This document shows positions 1 to 12,600 of a stretch of 64,000 nt of DNA, piece after piece; position 1 is the stretch's first letter, and each line of letters begins with the position of its first letter. The translations under genes were made by a program, and so were the position numbers. The notes under the pieces were generated by a model that saw only the letters and a list, made by a program, of their open reading frames with translations, was not told the origin of the DNA and did no database searches. The stretch spans positions 1 to 64,000 of the forward strand of contig JAQGDQ010000154.1 in the NCBI GenBank assembly GCA_030141605.1. Reading direction: 5' to 3'. This stretch comes from Tubiluchus corallicola (Eukaryota > Animalia > Priapulida).

Positions 1-318
1 AAGCAGCTTCTCTAAAGAAGACCGAAGAGAGGAAAATGGGTGTGGCGGAGATGAGGATGTTGAGATGGATGGCGGGGAACAAATAATTACATAAAATAAT
101 ACACGCGCAAACAGCAAAAAAATAGTGGAGTAAATAAAGATGCAGACTCGGAAAGAGACATCAGGTGGAAGGGACATAAATGAAAATACGGTCAACGTTA
201 TAAACTGCGTGAAAGAAGACTATCATTTAATCCGCATAGGAAAGCTGAAGAAGAAACTTATCCACACAATTGCTTGATTACATCTTTTAGAACAGATAAA
301 GACTACTGTAAGTATAAA
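1..318 (+). repeat. Degraded inverted copy of 875-1232 (RTE-like retroelement fragment plus its intronic flank)
   Basis: 1-318 is the reverse complement of ~875-1232. It includes non-element flank (cttatccaca..ttgcttgattacatcttttagaacagataaa..gactactgtaagtataaa). It translates to [19 protein letters not shown], a typical RTE reverse-transcriptase C-terminal motif. Confidence 0.85.
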
Positions 319-349
319 CCATGAACTTGGTAGTAGGCATTCTTAACAG

Positions 350-3300
350 CGATGGAATAAAAAATCAGAAACATTTTACTGAGTCGATGCACGGAAATCT
401 TCGCAGGCTTATTGAATGTGAGATACCATTACTGAGCAGTGATGCACGGTGTGAAACTCCAGGACTCACACAGTTCAGAGTTAAAATGGTGGAAGCATAC
501 CTGCACATTTTCTGCCTTTTAGCACAAAAGGAAGATTCTCAATATTTTTGCTGTGATCGTAATCTCGTGTGCATGCTACTGAAATCACAATATTACGAAG
601 TCAGGTTACAAACACTCGAAAGTTTGTCTCTGTACATAGAACTGTGCAGGACGAAGAGTGAACTAGATGAAAACTGTACAAACATTTGCTCTGATGTTTA
701 TGAGACCCTAGTAGACACTTGCAAATGGGAATTTTATCCTTCCTGTTTAGCCAAGGTATTTATATTTTAGTTGTATCTGTTTTTTATTTCACTTCGGAAT
801 TTTATTGAAAAATTAAAAATGTGTTTTTAATATCTTTGCACTCGGCTTTTAGCTTAAGAAATAAGTCATAAGTTTTATACTTACAGTAGTCTTTTATCTG
901 TTCTAAAAGATGTAATCAAGCAATTATTGTGGATAAGTTTCTTCTTCTTCCCAGCTTTTCCCTATGCGGGGTCGCCATTGTGAATGAGTCTTCTCCACGC
1001 AATTCCTGTTGTTGACCATCTCTTCATTTATGTATTCCCTTCCCACCTGATCTTCACCGACTCTTCTTTTCAGGTCTCCATACCATCGCAATCTTGCAAG
1101 GCTTCCACTACTTTTACTGTTCCTTTGATATTATTATTTTATCTCTTCTTGTTATTCCCACCATCCATCTCAACATCCTCATCTCCACCACACCCATTTT
1201 CTTCTCTTCGGTCTTCTTTAGAGAAGCTGCTTCCAGTCCATAGGTTAGAGCGGGTCTGACCAGTTCTTTGTGGACTTTACCTTTAAGTCTCACCGACTCA
1301 TTTATTGTGGATAAGTTTAAGTAATATAAATGTTTTCATACTGTGAAAAAGATGTGCTATCTTCTATGCTTGGCTTTGAAAAAAAGCTTGAAAAAACAAT
1401 TTTGTTACGAAGTTATTTAGTTACATTAATAATATGCGTGCTTACATAGCAAAATCGTCCATAAGTCAGCAATTAAGTTTTTCTAGTTATTCACATATCC
1501 TGAATCTCCATTTCATGAGGATCATTTTGATACCAAGTTCATCGCTCTATGTTATTTCAAAGTTGAGATAATCCACGTTGAAGTTGAGATGCAGGCTACG
1601 TAGTGAAAAACATAATCTTGAGAAAATCGCTGTTAAATTTCGCCATTATTTTATGTCTCATTTATACAAAACACTTAGCAACCAAAGAAATGTTGGACTT
1701 TGCAAGAACACATTGAAGTTATATTTAAATCAAGTAGATGGCTCTTCCTAACGAATATCTCATCTTAGCAACAGAAAAAAACTCAAGCAAAATGACAGCT
1801 TCTACGAGCTGCTATTGGAATTTGAAAATAGAGTTAGAAAAGTGGGTAAGGAGTTATAAAATTTAAGCTAGAATATAAAAGCCCAATATATTTAGTATTG
1901 GTTTTTGTACAAAACGAAAAATTGACATTTGATCAGGTTTTTGGGTCATTCCACTTTGAAGCATCATAACTTAGTTTTAACAATGCCGCCTTATGGACGG
2001 TTTTGGTTTGCAAGCACACACGATCTTTCCATATTGAGAAACAGCTAATCCTATGCAACAGATTGCCTTACTTTCAAAATACTGAAATCTATTATTTATA
2101 ACTAACTACAGTATGTAGTTAATTATATCTGATTACGATAGTAAACCATTTTTTAAGTTGGACACCTATTTTCTTTGTTTCTAAGGTTTACAGACTTTTA
2201 GCTTCGATTGTTTCCATGGATGTGCACATAAAGTTACGACGTACGAAAGCCGTAGACGTGCTGAAGTCATTTGTGGAACCGTCAGATACGTGGAAATTTG
2301 AAGACGTTTCCAGTGCACAACTTTGCTTAGGATCAGCACTCCTTCCTTTTATGTATAATGAGGTGGGCTTTGTCTTTTATGTGTTATGAGGCAGGTTTAG
2401 TTTGTGTTTTATGTGTTATGAGGCGGGTTTAGTCTGTCTTTTATGTGTTATGAGGGGGGTTTTGTCTGTGCATTATGTGTTATGAGGCGGGTTTAGTTTG
2501 TGTTTTATGTGTTATGAGACGGGTTTAGTCTGTGTTTTATGTGTTAGAAGGCGGGTTTAGTCTGTGTTTTATGTGTTAGTAGGCGGGTTTCGTCTGTGTT
2601 TTATGTGTTAGAAGGCGGGTTTAGTCTGTGTTTTATGCATTAGAAGGCGGGTCTAGTCTGTGTTTTATGTCTTAGTAGGCGGGTTTCATCTGTGTTTATG
2701 TGTTAGAAGGCGGGTTTAGTCTGTGTTTTATGTGTTCTGAGGCGCATTTACATTGTGTTTTATATGTTAGGAAGATTTTGTTTACTATTTTTAGTTTGCC
2801 ATTGTTTGTTAATTGTGCAGTGTATTGGAATTTCGGGTGCTGCTATGGTGTTTGTTGATAAAGAGTGCTTTTAAATTATTCATTTATTCATCGTTTTTTC
2901 ACTCAAGCATCTTACCCCATATTTACCAAAATTCTTAATTAATGTGTTTATAAAAATAATTTTATTGATGGTAATATGGAATGGATGAAGATTTCATTCT
3001 AAATTTTGTTCAACTTTTTGAAACAGCATTGTGCATGTCATCATCAGCTTTATCATCAAAATCATCATTCACATCATTGTCATTGAAATTATCATCATCG
3101 TTGTTATTGTATCAATTGTTGTAATCGTCATCATCATCATCATTTTTGCCATCATTATATTTTTCAAACATTACTTTTTGAAACAGCATTGTGCTTGCCA
3201 TCATCAGCATTATCATCAAAATCATCATTCATATAATTGTTATTGGAATTATCACGATCATCGTTTTTGTATCAATTGTTGTTATGGTCATCATCATTCT

Positions 3301-3612
3301 CATCAGCTTTGTTGTTGTGTTTGTCATCGCCATCATATGAATCGTCACTGTCGTCATCGTCATCATTTTCTTACAGGATTCTGGGAAAGCAGAAGAGGAC
3401 GTTAAATGGATAAAGAAACTAGTCACTTGGATACTGGAAGCTGCTAATGTTAATTTGGCTTGTAAAACTGAAGTAGCTCAGATGATTGCAATGCATGCAA
3501 AACTGTTGCTTATTGACCCACAAAGTATTTTCGGTTAGTACAGCATAAGTCATACATTACAAAATATTGCATTAGGGTTTGTTTACTTTTTGCTATTTTT
3601 ACCACAGAATGG

Positions 3613-3647
<35 letters not shown>

Positions 3648-6600
3648 GTGGTAGTAGTAGTAATTATAATAATGATACTAATAATTTTAATAGGACATAC
3701 GAATAACACCTCGGTACTATTTCCAAGGTGGTCCTGATTATTATTACCTGTGTGTTACTTCGATAAACCCGCGTGCTTAGTTGAAGAAGCAGCGGCAATT
3801 TTTTATTAGCCTTAACTTTGACTCAGTCGAGAGTTGAACCTGCAACCTTCCATGTGGGAACCAAGCATGCTGCCACTGAGCTATACCCCCTGATGTATAT
3901 TACAGATGCCCTTTTAAAAGACAACGCTGAAAAATTGGAGCTGAAACTTAATGTAAGGACTGTGTACTTACACAAGACTGTGTACTTACCATCACGCATG
4001 CATTATGAATAGAGTTATTGGGCACGTCTGGCAGAGTTGGCCCGAGTTCATATGCCACACAATCATTTAATCTCGTACAGTCTTCTGTTGAATCTTTTCC
4101 ACAAGATGGGGCAGAGTCGTCATTCTTTAACTGTTAGAGTTTAAACTTATAGTCATTTTGTCAACTTGATCTGGGAATGTACAAACCATGCACAATACAA
4201 GCCATGGCTTAAGATCACATTTGATACTCGCTTTTCAACGTTTTGTTTTTAATGAAAGAAATCTTTGCCACCACTGAGTGGTTCATTCATGAAATTTAGG
4301 TATTTTAAAATTTATTAGAATCGTGTTAATATCCTATTAAAACCAAAGCCTGCATGGCTTCATTGATAGCAGAATAAAGATTATTTACCTACAGATAGCT
4401 TTGTTATGGTTTCTCTCAGTTTAATTTAGTCTAAATTGTTAATTAATATAATTTTTTTTGAACCATGAAATTAACGATGTAATCACCCAGATTAATGAAT
4501 ATTGAAAAGGAAAAAGAAAAATGTTTAGAAACAAAAGAAATTAATCTCTGACAATCATTGTACAATTATAGTCAAAAAATGCCTATACGTGACAGTAAAG
4601 AAAAAGTTAATAGTTTAGTATAGTAGACTGCCATTTAAATCATAATACTACAAACAATCAAATACGTAGTACAATATGTGACAAATGTTATGTTTATAAA
4701 TTTGTACACTTGTCATAGTGGAAACCTTTGTCATAATATTTAATTCTCATGTTTTATTGCAGAAGAGCTCACATTTGAATTATGGCACTGTGCTTATTGT
4801 TTGCTTCAAGATGATGACACAACCGTTAAAGAGATGGTTGCCCACGTAGTACACCAATTCCAACCGGGTACGTAAACTTTTCTTATTAAATGGTATAATT
4901 AGCGGCTGAAAAGCAAATTAATAGTTTTTTAAATCACTGACAGATTAAATTAAAAAACTGCAGCCTATTTGTGTTTTTTTTTTCTTTATTTGCGCCTGAT
5001 ATTGCAACATATGTTACAGTTGCGAATTACTTGTGGTGTGTTAGTGGAAATACAATATACTTAGTAAGTGCTTGCAGTGTGTTACGTCAGAAGCGTGACC
5101 GTTTCTAACTGCTTGTGTTGCATTTATAAAGTTAGAGAGCAAACTGATGGGCTCTTTTCTAGTCCTTGCTTTAAGTAAAACACATTTTAATGTAGTTATT
5201 TTTGTGTTTTATGTTTAGCAAACGTTTTGATTAATTAAATTTTGACACAAACACGGATTTATTGACGTAAAATTTTACAAACAGATCTTTGCTTTATATC
5301 TAATTTTGCAAAATGTTTTATAATATGTCTGTTTTAATACTTTAGTCAGTTTTTAGTTTTGTTTAATTTTAAGATATTGTGTTTTTTTTTATTTTTTAAC
5401 TACTACTAACATGCCATGGACTATTGTGAGTTGTACTGTGAAATATTGTGAAATATTAATTTAATGTGCTGCATGTAAAAAATAAAGTTCTATTCCATTT
5501 TATTCTATGATAAACTAATTTTGTTAAGACATTCACACTATTTTTGGATTGCAACAGTCTCTCTAAACAGTAAGCAGTAGATGTGTAACTGATAAATTCT
5601 AAATCTGATTTATCTGATCTCAGATCTTATGATCATGCAACCTGAGAGAGCTGTTCCTCTGCTGTTGGAATCCATGGTAACGATTTACTCGGATAAAGAC
5701 ATTTGTGGCTGCATAAAAACACATTTAAGCTGGCTCGAGAAAGTGGATTCCACGCCAGATAGGAGAGCAGAGGTATCTTTGATAAGACATGCTTACATGA
5801 TGGACACAAATTCACTACAGAATACTATTATTGAAAAGTAAAAATAAAGCAAAATGTGTCAAAATATTGTGCATGTCAAAATTGTATTTTAAATTTTCTA
5901 ATGCAGATTTTGGAGGGAAAAACCCTAGTTGTTTTTTACAATGTTGGTTCACGATAACAGTGAGCTTTATTCAGTGTAGTTGTCATATCGGTACAAAGTA
6001 ATTTTCAACCGTACTATGAACATTTTACCATGCTAACCGTCAGCGCAAGGAAAAATTTGCATTGTTTAAACAATAGCCATTTACTCTAGAATTGCACAAG
6101 AATTAAATCAAAGTTGTGTAAAAGTACAAATTTTAACAACAGTCGTTTGTGTTAGTTAGACAGGGTTAGGTCAACTTTGCGATGCGATGCACCTGATAGC
6201 AACTGACGATTTAGCAACTGGTGATTTGGCAACTGGCAGCATACATTACGTCGCTAGTTCCAATATATCTAGTTTACCCAGACGACATAAACAAGCTTAC
6301 ATTGGAACTCAACTCAACGCAACGCGACTCCGTTCCAGCGAGTTGCTCTTGTACTACTCGGGGCAAATGGTATCCATCCAGTTTTAACCTGAGCATTGTT
6401 CATCATTGAGCGTTATGGTTTAGTCACATGGTCTGGCCAGAGATTTTTTCATTCGCCATCAACCTGAGCAGTGTTACAACTTCCGGGAACTCGTATCTTC
6501 CTAGTTGCTGGAAATCAGTCGCAGTCGACCTGAACATGTGTCTATGACTATTTCCTATCAGCTGAGACGAGTCGCATCGCGTCGCAGGTCGACTTAAGCT

Positions 6601-8090
6601 TGGCTTTAAGTGTTGGTACTCATTTTTGGTAGTCACTAGTTTTGAGCGAATCTCATGGTCTCTGATCACCGTTGAGAGCCATGACACATCGGTTTGAAAG
6701 AAATTGTGACATGAAATTCATTTTTTAATAAGCTGCTACAATCAACAGTTACAATATGTAAAATTAGGAGGATAAATTTCAGTGTAAAGTGATTTTTTGT
6801 TTTCCTTTTTGTTGACTTAGGTGACAAATTTTCTTAAATGTATTGCTTGCAAACCAAAACCGTCCACGAGTCTGGCAGTTAAAACTACATTATGATGCTT
6901 CAAAGTGGAATAACCCAAGAATGCAATCAAATGTCAATTTTTCGTATTGTATAAGCACAAACGCTAAATATATTGGCCTTTTACGTTCTAATATCAAATT
7001 ATCAAGAAAGTATTAAAAAAACACTAAAAATTTAATATTATAATTCCTTACCTACTTTTCTGTGTAGAAATTAGTACTGCAATTGTAAAAAACCCTATTT
7101 TCAAATTCCGATAATAACTCATGGAAGCAGTCATTTCACTTAGGGTTTTTTCTGTTACCAAGCCCAGTAGAAGAGCCATCTGCTGGATTTAAACATAAGT
7201 TCATTGTGTTCTTGCAAGGACCATAGCATTTGTGCGGTTGCTAAGTGTTTTGTAGAAATCCCTAACTTTAACAGCGATTTTCTGAAGATTATGTTTCTCA
7301 GTGCATAGCGTGCACCTCAACTTCAACGTGGATTATCTCAGCTTAGAAATAACATAGAGCAATGAGCTTGGTATCAAAATGATCCTCATGAAAAGGAGAT
7401 TCAGGAGATGTGAATAACTAGAAAAGCTTAATTGCCGACTCAAGGATGATTTTGCTATGCAAGCACACAAGTGTGCTTTGAATAATGTCGGTTCAGACGT
7501 GAAAGCTTGACAAAAGTTTTATAAGTACATTGATTTTGGAGTTTTTATATTTTTCTTGTGTTTAGTTTTTTCTTATTCTTCTTTAGAGTGAAACAGAATT
7601 ATTTGCTGAAACGGAAGAAATGTTCATCTCTGCCGAAGAGAAGTTTTTCACAATAAATCTCATAACCAACTCACTGGAAAGCGCGTTTGCAGTGGCCTCA
7701 TCTCAGATTAAAAAATTAAGCAGCACTCAAGCAAAAGAAACACTGTCGTCTAGCGAGATTTCCCATATTGAAAACTTGCAAAAAACTTTACGGTGTATCG
7801 TTCAGAAAGAAGTTGTGAAATTAGTGACAAATCATGACAGTGCTCTCACCAAAATGTCGTTTTTGACTGACAGTGCTTTTGAATCTCGTTTACTTTTACT
7901 GTATAAAGATTTGAAAGTGTTAAGTGTTCTACAGCCTTATGAGCACTACCTCAATACTAACATGATGGCGGGTTTCTCACTAATACATGATTGTGTGCTC
8001 CGCAATAGCAAATTGAAATATCCAAATGTTTTACTAGACACAGTACGTAAAATGACAGCAAAGGGTATGGCATCCGTATGGGGTTTTTAA
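350..8090 (+). CDS. THADA: THADA-like (Trm732/armadillo-repeat) protein, 3' part; exons ~350-755, 2186-2362, 3377-3533, 4763-4867, 5624-5772, 7587-8090
   Basis: GT-AG introns with compatible phases. Motifs [25 protein letters not shown] and [10 protein letters not shown] resemble the THADA C-terminal region (recalled). The 5' boundary of the first exon is uncertain because of an in-frame TAA at 315-317. Confidence 0.7.
941..1301 (-). mobile_element. 5'-truncated RTE-clade non-LTR retroelement fragment with (GAA)n tail and 17-bp TSD
   Basis: Direct repeat ttattgtggataagttt at 924-940 and 1302-1318. The minus strand ends ...gggaagaagaag and encodes EMRMLRWM. Confidence 0.8.
1436..2021. mobile_element. 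MITE family A copy 1 (opposite orientation to the other copies)
   Basis: Imperfect ~35-bp TIRs (gtgcttgcaaaccaaaaccgtcc.. / ..ggatgattttgctatgcaagcac). Homologous to 6838-7470, 17136-17775 and 46355-46991. Confidence 0.8.
2345..2770 (+). repeat. 32-bp minisatellite (~13 units, ttttatgtgttagaaggcgggtttagtctgtg) starting at the THADA exon donor
   Basis: A period of 32 is seen directly (e.g. gcggg at 2551 and 2583). Confidence 0.9.
3012..3370 (+). repeat. ~160-bp tandem duplication with (CAT)-rich low complexity
   Basis: actttttgaaacagcattgtgc..catcatcagc.ttatcatcaaaatcatcattca occurs at ~3013 and ~3173. Confidence 0.8.
3620..3890 (-). mobile_element. tRNA-derived SINE
   Basis: The minus strand starts gggggtatagctcagtggcag (A box) then ggttcaactc (B box), followed by a non-tRNA body and an (ATT)n tail at ~3620-3670. 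Confidence 0.7.
6838..7470. mobile_element. MITE family A copy 2
   Basis: Same TIRs and internal sequence as the other family A copies. Confidence 0.8.
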
Positions 8091-8785
8091 AAATAACTGT
8101 AAATATAGGAATAAAATTTTGGAAAATGTTTTGTTTAGTAAATTGTTTCCATTTATTAGTGTGATGAATGTTATTTTTAATGAAATTGTGCAATTAATTG
8201 ATTGTTGTCGCCAAATATATGCTGATTATGATGTGCAATAAATACTTTTTGTTTTTATGACTATTTAGGAAATACGTTCAATTTTTATAGAATGTTTTTT
8301 ATTACATTTTTTCTGCTTTTTAGACCTTTTGTTTGATTATTTAAAACTGGTTGTTAACTGTATAATTACTTTGACACCTAGGTCATAACTTAAGCCAAGA
8401 AAGCAGAAGTACAGTTTAATAAACCTGTTATGTAGTAAAGTGCCCAATCATTGCTAAATGCAATTTCACAGTCCGTTTATTTCATTTTAAAAGGTGGTCT
8501 GTCTGTGCCAAAGAGCAGTATTTGTGCTTACTTGATTGGATTGGCTTTCAATTATTGTGTTAAATTTTGTACTGAAAGATAAGAAATATGATAAAATCAG
8601 GATTGAGTCTAGATTTGAATCATGATTTTCTGAGATGCTGGTTAGTGAAATATTGCTAGACTACATATAACTAATTGTAACTTAGCAAAAGAGGTTTATA
8701 GCTTTTTTTGTAATTAAAACTCGGTAAGCCTTACTTTACTTAACGACGTCTTATTGTTACCTAATTTCATTGTTTGCTTAAGTCT

Positions 8786-9613
8786 TACCTGAAAGCAAAT
8801 ATTAGACTGTGACATTTCAATAATCTTTAACATTGGCTGCTGTGACGCATCAAAAGCGTCAAAGCCTTCTAGGCATCAAAAACACAATTGAAGCTAAACT
8901 TAGCAGCATATTTATTGATCTTAACAATGAAACTTTTGCTACGCGTTTCTTTACTGCTGTTATATATATGTGACTTGTTTAAAACTCAGTAGTACAGTAG
9001 CAGCTCAGTAGTAAAGTACTGTGTACCGTACCTCCTATGTGAAAAACCAGAACATTTTTATTTGCACGTTTTTTATCAGCTAGAAGATGGTGATGATATG
9101 ACATGTCTAGTTGCTGAGGATAAACTGTTGGCATATTATCGGCTGAATTTACTTGTGTTTAAACACGGTTTGCTGTATTTACCTGTGTTGTTTCAAAGGT
9201 TAAGCGCTGTTAGCGTGGAGTGCAGATTTATCAATATATGTTACGCTAAACTTGGATAATAGATCGTATGCTAATCTAATCGAAGTCCTGAAATGTGCAA
9301 ACCGGTTTTGCATAGTGATGTGACAAAAATGTGTTGTAATGTCTAGCAAAAGGTATGTATTTTTTAACTATGTGCATTGTTTTTAGGTTTAACTAGTGTG
9401 TGAAAAAATGGTATTACCTGTGGTTTGCCTAAACTGACCATTCATAGGGCTTTACCTGTTTAATTATCAACTTTTTTAGCTTTTTTCAACTCTTGATTGT
9501 CTAAGGTAACAGTTTTCAACGTATTTCAGGTAAACCTGCCAATTGACGTTTTGATTAATCTGATTGACTGAGACAATGGAAGATAATTTGCCAGGTAACA
9601 TCTTTCTTACCTG
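8786..9613 (+). promoter_or_regulatory. Putative anoctamin promoter/5' regulatory region with a Grainyhead-type site and a CAGGTA/TACCTG cluster
   Basis: AACCGGTT at 9300-9307. TACCTG/CAGGTA at 8786, 9180, 9415, 9453, 9527, 9592 and 9608. Confidence 0.45.
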
Positions 9614-12600
9614 TTTTGCTTTGTTGTAGATTTAGCTGCTTCAAACTAATATTAGAGTGTTCTTTTCACTGATTTATATTCTTTGTAATGTTAGCAAATT
9701 TGTCATTTGATCGAGTCTGTTCTTACTCTAGTTGTTCTGGTGTCTTAAACAAGATGGCTTTCCTCATTAACTTTGAAGATGGTGTATAAGTTATAAGTTT
9801 ATTTATTTCCACTCTGCATATAACAGTTATAATAAAAATACAGATAATTTCACTGAAGTAAATATAAACATAAATGCAGTATAATCCATAAATTACAAAA
9901 GAGATTCTTATGCATCATATACATGTGCAAATTACATTACAGAATAATTTTGATGCATACAGTTTGAGCCTAAAAGCATAGCTTGACAGGCCAAACTGTA
10001 CGTGGAAATCTTAAAGAAGTGATTAATAATTGAAATAATGATAATATATACATAAAAGTGTGGGGGAGTAGTGAATGAAAGATGAAATGAAGCGAGAACT
10101 AAGAAAAACTGTGATCATGATTATAAAGTGTTCAGTAACCTGTTGAGCATAGTTGCATTTTATTAAGATTACTGTGGAAAAAGAATGCACGTGATTACCA
10201 TTATCAAACTGTGTTGCTATCAATACTTTTGAAATATTTCTTTTCTGAAGGTTTTTTTTAAAGTTGAAAGGGAGTGACTACATTTTGAATTGTGGCTTAG
10301 TCTATTGTGCCATAGGACTGGTCCCGTATACCTAATGAAATGTTTCGCCATATTTGTTCTACAACGTCTTGGTATATATTCATTATGTGTGGCTTTCTTA
10401 ACCCTTTGTGAAAGAAAAGAATGCCACTAGTGCACAGTGGAAAGTGCTGTTAAGTAGGGCATCTGCAATTGAGCTTAGGCGTTTCCCGGGAAATTTGGAA
10501 GCATAATGGGTTAAAGGGATAAAGTGAGGTTTCAAGGGGCGTAGCCGAGTGGTCACAGCAATGTTGTTAGGCGTAGCTGTGTTAGTAATCACCATTAAGC
10601 AGCTTTAGGTCTGGTCAGTAGGTGTTTGGGTGATTTATGTTTTATTTTGTTAAGGAAAATTTTAGACATGTCGTTAGATTGGTGTTGGCACCTTTGCTCA
10701 TTCAGTGTCTCATCATTGAGGATAATCTTTGATATTGAGAAATATTCCTGTCCCACCACACCTGTCTACATTAGGTGACCTTTAGCCTTAAATACTGGAT
10801 ATTGGCTTGCGATGTGCTGAGCAGTATAAAAAAACTTGGTATTTGAATCCGACTGAAAGTAGTAGGTATTTAAAAGTACTGGTAGTTATTTATATTCTAA
10901 CATTACAGTGTTCAGAATGATGGCAAAGGTTCTTAACCGCTAGAATAGAATCTGTTAGCAGGGACGTATTAACCAATTGGCTAACTAGGTTAGGGCGCCA
11001 AAGTTTGAGGTGCATCACATTTTAGAAAAAAATTTATTCTCGTTGGAAAATGTGTACACTTTCATATTCATGTAAGGAGCGCATTTTATAACACACCACA
11101 AGCAGTTATTTTGCACAGCTTCTAGATAAGTGCCACGTAGTGCACATGTGCAAGGTATTACACAACAAGCAGTTGCGCAACCTACTTGAATATAAACCTT
11201 ATGCAAATATTGTACATGTAATTAATAATGACCACGCGGAAACTAGGTTAATAGTGTTTCTAATACACCACAAGTAATTGTTTAATCTGCTCATTACACA
11301 AAAAACCTTATATTCACAAATAGAGATGGACGGGACAGAACTATCAGCCTGTCTGTTATTATTTCAGTTCATGTTATTTCCATTAAGTAGGGTTATCCAC
11401 CATCTAATGTTTGTTCTGTTAGAGCCCCAGACAGCATAATCTCCCTAAATTACTAAGCAACTAATTTTTTTAGTTACCGCATGTCAACAAAATGTTTACA
11501 AACATTGACACATTTATTATTACAGCAAACAAATTAAGGTCGTGGCTACACGTTAGCTGCTTGTAAATAAGGGGCGCAATGTTCACACTTGAGAGACCAA
11601 AGTTCATCTTAAACACTGTTATAATCGTACAACTTGGTATTGTGCAAATTATACTAACTGTTTTAAAGTAAAAACTGTAAATGTTATAAGAAATTGTGTT
11701 TCTTGCATTGACATTTGTGATTTTGTGGCAGTAATAGTGATGAAACATATCTTTTTTGTCTTAATACTACTTCCGATCAGTGAAATTTTGGATTTAATTT
11801 TGACCTACAAGTAATCTAACCAAGCACATGCGTGTGGCAGCTCATAACTTCATTCACTATTATGTGGCTTTTGCGTAACTATGTTTTACAGGGTCTGTTA
11901 ACAGCTTCAAAGACAGTGCATCAAGCCAACTGAAACTAACAGCGAACTTTGGTCAAAAGAAGGTGATTGATTTACTCTCTGTAATAAATTTATTTGCAAG
12001 AATGATATAGAAATCAATTAAGGAAGAGAGTTGTGAATAAAAACAATTTCGGGCTGTTCACAGGTGGTGTATTAAACTGGCAAACTTTCACCAATTCTGA
12101 AACATCATAAATTAGTGTAAATTTCTGCTTTTTGCACGGTTTGCATGGTACCAAATGCAGAAGGTGTTTTAAATTACGTGATTACATTGTTACTGAAATG
12201 ATATTAACATCACGGTTATAATGAACGAGAATCAGCCACTTGCGGCTAAACGTATGATTCATTATGGCACTTCCTCGCAGGAGAAGTTATTGCCGGAAGA
12301 TCTCTTTTTCTCTGATGGCGTGCGGATCATCGACTATGTGCTGGTGTACAAAGAGAAGAGCGATAAATGGACGGAGAAAAGACTGGCTTATGAGAAAGCC
12401 TTGATGGAGCGGGGACTTGAACTAGAACACGATGAAGAACAGTGTGTATGTATCTGTTAATTGTGCCATTTTATTCACAGATTAAACTTATTAATTTGAT
12501 GTGAACTGCGTTTATATATTTTTATTCGTTAAACGTTATTAGGAGTGTAGCATGACTTCCTTCTTCTTCTCTGCTTATTCAATCTGCTTCTGTTTTGTGT

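Noticed and set aside
3031-3426. Ile/His/Cys-rich ORFs
   Set aside because: They come from a (CAT)-rich intronic duplication; the real exon starts at 3377 in another frame.
3815-3890. tRNA gene
   Set aside because: A and B boxes are present but the acceptor and anticodon stems pair poorly, and it continues into a SINE body and tail.
10575-10640. Second degenerate 5S-like head (ttaagcagctttaggtctggtcagta..tgggtga)
   Set aside because: The similarity is too short and diverged to support without an alignment.
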